Assembly (NCBI GenBank): GCA_903904195.1
Contig: CAIVBM010000045.1
Span: 1 to 51,812, forward strand
Direction of reading: 5' to 3'
Source of the DNA: an uncultured bacterium
GTDB taxonomy: Bacteria > Patescibacteriota > Minisyncoccia > Phycocordibacterales > UBA9973
Length of the DNA: 51,812 nucleotides
The notes under the pieces are model-generated. The model was not told the DNA's origin, made no database searches, and saw only the letters and a program-made list of their open reading frames with translations. The position numbers and the translations under genes are program-made. Below are positions 36,701 to 43,486 of this stretch, piece by piece; the stretch's first letter is position 1, and every line of letters starts with the position of its first letter.

Positions 36701-38466
36701 GATATATCTTCTATCCTCAATCTTAACTCTTCTCTGCCCCGAAATCTAGACAAATCAAAAGTGGCGAACAGATTCACCGCAAGGCCTTCGGATAAAGTTT
36801 TTTTGAAAGAATCTAGGCCGGAGAAAAAGGAAACGGCTTTGGCTTTGTTTTGATTGGAATCGGAAAATACAATTTCCAGATGCTCGCCGGATCCGTTCTT
36901 GCCAAACTTTTTTATTTTCTCTATCTTTACTCCTTCAAAAAGAAAAACGGGCTTCGGATTCCCTAAGCCAAAAGGTTCCAGCTTTTCTATTTCTTTCCAA
37001 TTTTTCATATTAATATCAGCTAAAGAAAGTTTTAAATCAAACCCCTCCTGCCTCCCCTTATCAGGGGAGGTTCCCGTTTCTCCACCTGATAAGGGGGAGT
37101 TAGAGGGGGTTGTATTTTGGAGTTTAATTTTCTTAAAATTCACCGACAAAGCTTCTTCCAAGAAATGGATTTTATCATTGTGGACAGTGAAACCTCCCGC
37201 CAATTCATGCCCGCCGAAATCCATAAATGATTCGCGGGTTTCCATCATAAGCTCCACGATGGATACAGAGCCGTCGCTTCGGCACGAACCCTTGATGCAG
37301 TCATTTTCATCCTTGCCCCAGACAAAAACCGGTTTTTGATATTCGTCCGAAATCTTCCCAGCCACCAGCCCCAGCACTCCCACGCGCCATTTCGGATTGC
37401 CTATCACTATCACCTCCGTTTCTTTTCTTTTTTCGAATTTTTTATTTACTTCGCGCATGATGCCCGTCACCATTGTTTTTCTTTCGTCATTTATTTTCGA
37501 CAAATGGTCCGCAAGCATCCCTCCTTTCACCACATCCTCTGTCGAGAGAAGCTCATAGGCACGCATCGGATCATCCATCCGTGAAGCGGCGTTTAATCTG
37601 GGCGTCACCATAAAGCCTATGTCGTCTACTGACAAATGCCTTTGGTCAATATTCATTTTCGCCAGAAGTTTTTGCAGGCCTGGGCGGGGAGATTTCTTGA
37701 GAACCTTCATTCCGAAACAAGCGATAGCCCTGTTTTCCCCCAAAAGGGGGACCATATCGGAGAGCGTAGCTAGCCCAGCCATATCCAGCATCCATTTTTC
37801 CGCGCCATCTCTTATTTTAAAATTCTGATTCTCTTTGCCGTATTTTTTTACGAACCCCTGAGCAAATTTAAAAACGACTCCGGCGCCACACAACATTTTT
37901 TCCGGATAGTTGTCTGTTTTCGGATTTAAAATTGCGCAAGCTCGAGGCAAAACTAAGGAGGCAGGCCCCGCCTGAGCTAGGCGGGGTAAATGGTGATCCG
38001 TAATTATCACATCTATGCCGTTAACTTCCGCTTGAGCCACTTCCGCAATAGCGGTGATTCCTAGGTCTACTGTAATTAAAAGTTTCACATTTGATTTTGC
38101 AAATTGTTTTATGGCATCGAGATTCAGCCCATAGCCTTCGGAATTGCGCTGAGGAATGTAAACCCCCACACCAAAATCTTTGGTGTGGGGGTAAACCTCA
38201 ACTGGCACATTTAGCATTTTAAATAAATCGGTAAGAATCACCGCTCCGGGTATGCCATCACAATCATAATCCGCGTAAATGACTATTTTTTCATTCGCAT
38301 CTATCGCTTCAAAGAGGCGGACGCAAGCCTTTTCCATATCTTTCATCAAAAAAGGGTCATGCAAATCCCGCTGATAGCTGGGATTCAAAAAAACGTCGGC
38401 CTGTTCGGCATTCTTGATATTCCTTTTCTCTAGAAGCGACCTCAGTAACTCGCCATACTTTTGCAT
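36697..38466 (-). CDS. recJ: Single-stranded-DNA-specific exonuclease RecJ
   Basis: 589 aa. Has DYDCDGI and VIITDHH (DHH motifs), a DHHA1 GGHELAGG, and PFGLGNPKPVF. It overlaps rnhA by ATGA. Confidence 0.93.
   Translation of the reverse strand: MQKYGELLRSLLEKRNIKNAEQADVFLNPSYQRDLHDPFLMKDMEKACVRLFEAIDANEKIVIYADYDCDGIPGAVILTDLFKMLNVPVEVYPHTKDFGVGVYIPQRNSEGYGLNLDAIKQFAKSNVKLLITVDLGITAIAEVAQAEVNGIDVIITDHHLPRLAQAGPASLVLPRACAILNPKTDNYPEKMLCGAGVVFKFAQGFVKKYGKENQNFKIRDGAEKWMLDMAGLATLSDMVPLLGENRAIACFGMKVLKKSPRPGLQKLLAKMNIDQRHLSVDDIGFMVTPRLNAASRMDDPMRAYELLSTEDVVKGGMLADHLSKINDERKTMVTGIMREVNKKFEKRKETEVIVIGNPKWRVGVLGLVAGKISDEYQKPVFVWGKDENDCIKGSCRSDGSVSIVELMMETRESFMDFGGHELAGGFTVHNDKIHFLEEALSVNFKKIKLQNTTPSNSPLSGGETGTSPDKGRQEGFDLKLSLADINMKNWKEIEKLEPFGLGNPKPVFLFEGVKIEKIKKFGKNGSGEHLEIVFSDSNQNKAKAVSFFSGLDSFKKTLSEGLAVNLFATFDLSRFRGREELRLRIEDIS
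37041..37112. repeat. Near-palindromic GC-rich element, in frame inside recJ
   Basis: acccctcctgcctccccttatcaggggaggttcccgtttctccacctgataagggggagttagagggggt. It has two inverted ctcccc(c)ttatcagg(g/t)ggag units and is translated as TTPSNSPLSGGETGTSPDKGRQEG in a linker. Confidence 0.7.
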
Positions 38467-38498
38467 AGATAGGATTTTAGCATATAATACATAAAGTT

Positions 38499-38852
38499 AT
38501 GGAAAACTGCATTTTTTGCAAAATAGTAAAAAAAGAAATACCGGCAAATAAAGTTTACGAGGATGAAAACTTCTTGGCTTTTTTGGATATCAGACCAATC
38601 GCCCCGGGACATACCCAGATAATACCGAAAAAGCATTATAGATGGGTTTGGGATGTGCCGAATATTGGAGAATTTTTTGAAGTTGCAAAAAAAATAGCCT
38701 TAGCTCAAAAAAAGGCTTTTAACGCGGATATTGTGCGCTCTCAAGTTTACGGCGAAGAAATACCTCATGCTCACATCTGGGTTTGGCCAGAAACCGTCGG
38801 TGACGAAAAAGATTTAAAAGGAAACGCCCAAAAAATCACCCAAGCGCTTTGA
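38499..38852 (+). CDS. HIT-family protein
   Basis: 117 aa. Has CIFCKIV...VYEDENFLAFLDIRPIAPGHTQIIPKKH. The triad region reads PHAHIWVWP (H-x-H-x-W). Confidence 0.88.
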   Translation: MENCIFCKIVKKEIPANKVYEDENFLAFLDIRPIAPGHTQIIPKKHYRWVWDVPNIGEFFEVAKKIALAQKKAFNADIVRSQVYGEEIPHAHIWVWPETVGDEKDLKGNAQKITQAL

Positions 38853-39813
38853 TTTTTTCCTCCAATTTATATGCGTTTCCGTGCAAAAGCATTCCTAAAT
38901 AAGACTGTTTTGATTCTTTTTTAAAATTATCTCTCAATGCTTTCAACATCCTTCTTTTCGTACTCGTCCTCAAAACCCTATGCTTTGGAAAATGCACCCA
39001 ACCCAGAAAATCAACACCAGAAACGATAGTTTTAATGAAAACTTTATCTGGATGCATATTCAATTTTAATTTATTTTCCAAAAACTCTTTCATTTTTTCT
39101 AAAATGTTTTTTAAATATCCCTTATCCTGCGATAAGATAACAAAATCATCCGCATACCTTATGTAATATTTAACTTTTAATTCCCTTTTCACAAACTGGT
39201 CAAATTCATTCATATAGATATTTACCAAAAGCTGGGAAGTCAAATTCCCTAACGGCAACCCTACTCCCGCAAGGCCTTGCCTTGCGGAGAAGCTGTCTAT
39301 CACTTGTGAAAGCAACCAGAGAATATCTGTGTCAAAGGTGGCCTTTGACAGTATTCTCTTTAAGATGTTATGGTCTATGTTTGCAAAGAATTTCCTGATG
39401 TCGCATTTTAAAACCCAGCAGGTTTTCGTGTTATTTTTTGAGACTTTTCTATGAAAATCACGAAATCTGTTTATCGCTTTGTGTGTTCCCTTTTCTGTTC
39501 TGCAGGAATATGAATCATAAATAAATTTTTTATCAAAAATCGGATATAAAATCCTATAGATAGCATGATGAAGAAGCCTGTCTCGAACTGTGGCTTTGTG
39601 TATGTTTCTAGGTTTCGGGTCCGAGATATTAAAAGCATAATATCCCCCGTGCGTATATATTTTGTTTTTCAAATCGCTATGGAGAGACAGAACATTGTCC
39701 ATTAAATGCAATTGAAATTCTTGCATATCTTTTCTATTTCTTTTTCCACATATAAATTCTTTCCAAGCCAAAAGTAAATTATCAACAGAAATTATTTTCT
39801 CAAAATTTACCAT
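38836..39813 (-). CDS. Diversity-generating retroelement reverse transcriptase
   Basis: 325 aa. Catalytic YIRYADDFVIL, plus the DGR-specific motif-4 signature LPLGNLTSQ ([LIV]GxxxSQ). No maturase or endonuclease extension. A TR/VR pair lies adjacent. Confidence 0.9.
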   Translation of the reverse strand: MVNFEKIISVDNLLLAWKEFICGKRNRKDMQEFQLHLMDNVLSLHSDLKNKIYTHGGYYAFNISDPKPRNIHKATVRDRLLHHAIYRILYPIFDKKFIYDSYSCRTEKGTHKAINRFRDFHRKVSKNNTKTCWVLKCDIRKFFANIDHNILKRILSKATFDTDILWLLSQVIDSFSARQGLAGVGLPLGNLTSQLLVNIYMNEFDQFVKRELKVKYYIRYADDFVILSQDKGYLKNILEKMKEFLENKLKLNMHPDKVFIKTIVSGVDFLGWVHFPKHRVLRTSTKRRMLKALRDNFKKESKQSYLGMLLHGNAYKLEEKIKALG

Positions 39814-39877
39814 ATTTATGCTATGATTCTACTTTATTAGATTAAAATATAAAAATTAAAAAAAATGACCAATAAGA

Positions 39878-39887
39878 CCCCCCCCCC
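39878..39887. repeat. Homopolymeric C10 (G10 on the minus strand) tract in the RT/avd divergent intergenic region
   Basis: Counted directly: c at 39878-39887. It lies 65-74 nt upstream of the RT ATG and 30-39 nt upstream of the avd ATG. Confidence 0.9.
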
Positions 39888-39916
39888 ACGAAAATTTTTT
39901 ACCAGTTTTAGAGATT

Positions 39917-40264
39917 ATGAAATCGGCATATATATTATGGCAAAGTTATCTGCCGACGATTCCGAAAACTTCGCGATATACCTTGTCGGAAACGATAGAT
40001 AAATACTTTATTCAAACGATTGAAAGCATTTTAGTCGCAAGTTTTTTGGAAAAACAAGAAAAGCAACCATTTGTCAGAAAAGCCATAATTTCGCTTGATA
40101 CTTTAAAATTTCTTTTATATATACTCTGGGAAATTAAAGCGTTGGATACTAAAAAATATACCGTATTATCCGAACCGCTTGCAGGTGCAGGGAAACAGCT
40201 CGGCGGATGGCATGGACAGCTCATAAAACAAAACTCTCCAGACAAGAAGTCTGGAGAGAAATGA
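39917..40264 (+). CDS. avd: Avd-like four-helix-bundle DGR accessory protein
   Basis: 115 aa, helical and basic. The pattern P.IPKTSRYTLSETID...LDTLKFLLYILWEIKAL..KKY..LSEPL...GKQLGGW matches the four-helix-bundle (Avd / 23S rRNA IVS protein) family. It sits between the RT and the TR, on the strand opposite to both. Confidence 0.75.
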   Translation: MKSAYILWQSYLPTIPKTSRYTLSETIDKYFIQTIESILVASFLEKQEKQPFVRKAIISLDTLKFLLYILWEIKALDTKKYTVLSEPLAGAGKQLGGWHGQLIKQNSPDKKSGEK

Positions 40265-40270
40265 AGAGAG

Positions 40271-40401
40271 TTGCGGGAGGGACCACGCAAACGCACCGTT
40301 GTCGTTCCAGTTGTTGTCGGGGTTAGCCCAATTCGTGTTGAGCCACCTGCCATCGTCGTTACGATTGACACCGAGGAAGTGCGGGTTGCCGTTGACCTCG
40401 A
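40271..40401 (-). repeat. DGR template repeat (TR)
   Basis: 131 nt, collinear with 40788-40918. Of 20 mismatches, 19 are at minus-strand adenines of this copy. In the target frame it encodes the Asn-rich NGNPHFLGVNRNDDGRWLNTNWANPDNNWNDNGAFAWSLPQ. Confidence 0.9.
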
Positions 40402-40664
40402 ATGTGTAAAATGCCTTCCATAACGCCTTTCGGCCACCACCCATCGAACATTTTTTCTTAGGGTTGAATATAATTCGGCATCGCAATGCCCTAGCACTTT
40501 ACACCAAGTATCTTCAATTTTTGAAGTTTCTACATAAACCACTCTATTTTTAACCTTAATCAAAAATACTCTGGATTTATGGATACTGGTTTCGGCAGAA
40601 AGAAACCTTGATCTCTTTCAGACTCGCCTATTCCCTTTTTTAGTATATCAAAATAAAATGTAAA

Positions 40665-40707
40665 CGAAAAAGGCCTCGCGCTCCACCGAAGTGAAAACGC
40701 GAGGACC
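40665..40707 (-). terminator. Intrinsic terminator after the DGR target gene
   Basis: On the minus strand cctcgcg-tttt-cac-ttcg-gtg-gag-cgcgagg (with a UUCG loop) is followed by ccttttt. Confidence 0.65.
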
Positions 40708-40772
40708 TATTTGATTCGAGTTCAGGACTAAGTTCTAAGAATCCAAGCGCCGAAGCACTGATTCTCAAGATC

Positions 40773-41441
40773 TCAGGACTGATTTTCTTGCGGGAGGGAC
40801 CACGCAAACGCACCGTCGTCGCTCCAGCGGTTGCCGGGGCCAGCCCAACTCGCGCTGAGCCACCCGCCACCGCCGCAACAATCGACACCGAGGAAGCGCG
40901 GGTAGCCGTCGACCTCGATGGGTTTGTGAATTCCGACAATCCACAAAAGACCCATCTTCTCCAACTGCTTATCGGAGAAGCACTTGCGGATGATGCAGAC
41001 GGCCTCGGGATGAAGCTCCAGCCACTTGCGCAAGAGGCCTTCAGCCTGAATTGCCTTGGTGGTCCGCTCGGAATCTTTCTTCCAGAAAGTCGCCCTGAGA
41101 GCGACAATCCTGTGAACAAAGCCTGGAGCAGTCGGCCGGAAGGCCTCCGATTGCAAAACTGCTTTGGCATCGTCCGAGAGCTTGATGTCCTGCTCATCGA
41201 AGTATTCAATCCACTGCGGACCTGTCACGCCTTCCGACGGCGGAAGCGTGATGTAGATCAGGTCACCCCTGGTCTCCCATGCGGCCTTGCCGGGGACCGA
41301 CACGACATTCACAGGAAACGGATTCTCTCCGCGACCAACCGCCTTGAGGCGTTCGAGATACTCACTGGCACCTTCGCTGGCCAGTTTCTCGTTGATGTCG
41401 TCAATGACCCCGCGAGCATCTGCATACATGATTTTACTCAT
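40773..41441 (-). CDS. DGR variable (target) protein with C-terminal C-type-lectin-like VR
   Basis: 222 aa with no signal peptide. The C-terminus EVDGYPRFLGVDCCGGGGWLSASWAGPGNRWSDDGAFAWSLPQENQS carries the VR. A strong SD (AGGAAAGGA) lies upstream. The gene is GC-rich relative to the rest of the window. Confidence 0.85.
   Translation of the reverse strand: MSKIMYADARGVIDDINEKLASEGASEYLERLKAVGRGENPFPVNVVSVPGKAAWETRGDLIYITLPPSEGVTGPQWIEYFDEQDIKLSDDAKAVLQSEAFRPTAPGFVHRIVALRATFWKKDSERTTKAIQAEGLLRKWLELHPEAVCIIRKCFSDKQLEKMGLLWIVGIHKPIEVDGYPRFLGVDCCGGGGWLSASWAGPGNRWSDDGAFAWSLPQENQS
40788..40918 (-). repeat. DGR variable repeat (VR)
   Basis: The 131-nt counterpart of the TR. It ends 12 nt (4 codons) before the target gene stop. 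Its 3'-terminal 29 nt (minus sense) are identical to the TR and GC-rich (IMH-like). Confidence 0.9.
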
Positions 41442-41611
41442 GATTTCCTTTCCTCTGCATTTTGCATGTCAGGGTCTCACAACAGTGAGATGACCCGAGA
41501 TGCGCGCCGATATGTTTGATGGTTACGGCGTTCTTTCAAAGCTCTTTTATAAAAAAACCCTAAAAGAACGCCGCAATTTCGCAAGATTTTTAAAGAACTT
41601 TATACCACCGC

Positions 41612-41641
41612 ATTATACTACACTTTATGGCTATTTGTCAA
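41612..41641 (-). promoter_or_regulatory. Sigma70-type promoter facing the DGR target gene
   Basis: The minus strand reads TTGACA - 18 nt - TATAAT, both hexamers perfect. It lies about 170 nt upstream of the target ATG, just after the pgk stop. Confidence 0.5.
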
Positions 41642-41648
41642 CAAAATT

Positions 41649-42713
41649 CTACCCAAGCGCTTTGATGCCGGGGAGAGTTCCGTTTGCCAAGAAATCAAGC
41701 GTTGCTCCGCCACCTGTTGAAACAAAGGAAAAATCTTTTTCCATTTTCATTTCTGAAATTAATGCAACGGTATCTCCCCCGCCGATTATGCTTTCAGCTT
41801 TTGAATCTGCAACTAATTTCAATATTTCTTTGGTGGATTTTCCTCCGCCAGCCTCATACTTGCCGAGCGGACCGTTCCAGAGGATGAGTTTTGATTTTTT
41901 AATGATGGGTTCCAAATTTTTTACCGTTTCAGTTCCAATATCTAGAATAATTTCATCTTTTCCAACTTCGTTTACTTTTTTATTTACCAAATTACCGACT
42001 GATTTCACCATTACATCAACCGGTAAAATGAGTTTCTTGTTTTCTAATACTTTTTTAATATCGTAATTCGAATCGTCAACGAGAGATTGCCCGACTTCGT
42101 AGCCTTTAGCTTTCAAAAAATCATTCGCCAACGCTCCGCCAATGAAAACCTCATCCGCCAGCTCCAGATATTTTTCTATCAAAGGCATTTTGGTGGAAAA
42201 TTTCGCTCCGCCCAAAATGAAAAGGAATGGATGCTTTATTTTACTGAATGCGTGAGATAAATTTTTTACTTCTTCCTCCAGTTGAAGTCCGGCATAAGCG
42301 GGCAGGAGTTTCGGCAGTGAAACAATAGACGCGTGTTCCCTGTGTGAAACCGAAAAAGCATCGTTTACATAAATATCGCCGAGCTTTGAAAGCTTTTCGG
42401 CAAAAGCCGGATCATTTTCGGCTTCGCCGGGGAATTTTCTGACGTTTTCAAAAAAAGTAATTTTATCTTTGGCTATTTTCGATATTTCAAAAAAACGGTT
42501 AATCACCGGCTCGAGGCTTTCAGTGCCATCTTTGCCGAGGTGAGTGATTAAAATAATTTTTGCGCCTTTTTCGAGCAAAAAATTTATCGTCGGTAAGGCG
42601 GCTCGAATTCTAAAATCATCTTCCACCTGCCCGTTTTTTATAGGCACATTGAAATCCACCCTCACTAGAGCTGTTTTACCTTCTATATTTTTTATTTGCT
42701 TGATGCTTCGCAT
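41649..42713 (-). CDS. pgk: Phosphoglycerate kinase
   Basis: 354 aa. Has VRVDFNVPI, ILITHLG and a C-terminal STGGGATLDFL. Confidence 0.95.
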   Translation of the reverse strand: MRSIKQIKNIEGKTALVRVDFNVPIKNGQVEDDFRIRAALPTINFLLEKGAKIILITHLGKDGTESLEPVINRFFEISKIAKDKITFFENVRKFPGEAENDPAFAEKLSKLGDIYVNDAFSVSHREHASIVSLPKLLPAYAGLQLEEEVKNLSHAFSKIKHPFLFILGGAKFSTKMPLIEKYLELADEVFIGGALANDFLKAKGYEVGQSLVDDSNYDIKKVLENKKLILPVDVMVKSVGNLVNKKVNEVGKDEIILDIGTETVKNLEPIIKKSKLILWNGPLGKYEAGGGKSTKEILKLVADSKAESIIGGGDTVALISEMKMEKDFSFVSTGGGATLDFLANGTLPGIKALG

Positions 42714-43459
42714 ATTTTAATTATCTCCACAAACTTTTTAGCATCGAGGCTGGCACGACCGGCAAGCAGTCCGTCAACTCCTCCGTTTTTCAAAAAATCA
42801 GCGCAATCTTTTTCATTAACGGAACCGCCATAAATAATCCTCATCTTTGATGCCTCCGGTCCAAATTTATCGGAAAGTATTTTTCTTATAAAAATAGCCA
42901 TCTCAAGAGAATCGGCAGAAGTTGCGTCTTTGCGATTTACGGTAGTTGAAATCGCCCAAACAGGTTCGTAGGCAATGATAATTTTCGAAACAGAATTTTT
43001 GGAAATTCCGGACAAGCATTCTTCCAATTGCATTTTGACCAAGTTGAAATAACCATGATTTTCATCGCGAATATTTTCCCCCACGCAGAGTATGGGAATG
43101 AGCGAAGCATCAAGCGCTGATTTTATTTTTTTATTTATAAATACATTCGTTTCCCCTTGCGCGCGTCTTTCCGAGTGACCTAAAATAACATATTTGGCCC
43201 CGATATTGTAAAGCATTTGGGCTGAAACTTCACCCGTGAACGCGCCCATGTCGCCATAAAATGCATCCTGCGCACCGAGTTTTATTTTACTCGTTCTTAT
43301 TTTCTTTAATATATCCAAATAAATAGATGGCGGACAGATAGCAATTTCCGTTTTTTTTATAGTGGAAACTTCTTTAGCTACACCAGTAAACAATTTTTCC
43401 GCTTCTTTGGAAGTAAGCGGATTCATTTTCCAATTGGCTATGATCATCTTTTTTGACAT
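42692..43459 (-). CDS. tpiA: Triosephosphate isomerase
   Basis: 255 aa. Has IIANWKMN, ILGHSERR, IAYEPVWAI and YGGSV. Confidence 0.95.
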   Translation of the reverse strand: MSKKMIIANWKMNPLTSKEAEKLFTGVAKEVSTIKKTEIAICPPSIYLDILKKIRTSKIKLGAQDAFYGDMGAFTGEVSAQMLYNIGAKYVILGHSERRAQGETNVFINKKIKSALDASLIPILCVGENIRDENHGYFNLVKMQLEECLSGISKNSVSKIIIAYEPVWAISTTVNRKDATSADSLEMAIFIRKILSDKFGPEASKMRIIYGGSVNEKDCADFLKNGGVDGLLAGRASLDAKKFVEIIKICEASSK

Positions 43460-43486
43460 GAGAAAAGTATATCACAATATGATATT

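Noticed and set aside
40012-40563. ORF-track entries 40012..40563 (-), 40166..40486 (-) and 40640..41209 (-), which overlap the TR or VR.
   Set aside because: These are read-through translations of the TR, of antisense avd, or of alternate frames of the GC-rich target gene. 40166..40486 is simply the TR read in the target frame (Asn-rich), not an independent gene.
40788-41519. A 243-aa plus-strand ORF antisense to the DGR target. Long antisense ORFs also occur inside glyA (30974..31678), tmk (29410..29991) and ileS (24510..24974, 26150..26590).
   Set aside because: Each lies fully within a well-supported conserved gene on the other strand and has a low-complexity or biased composition. GC-rich or stop-poor antisense frames are a known artefact.
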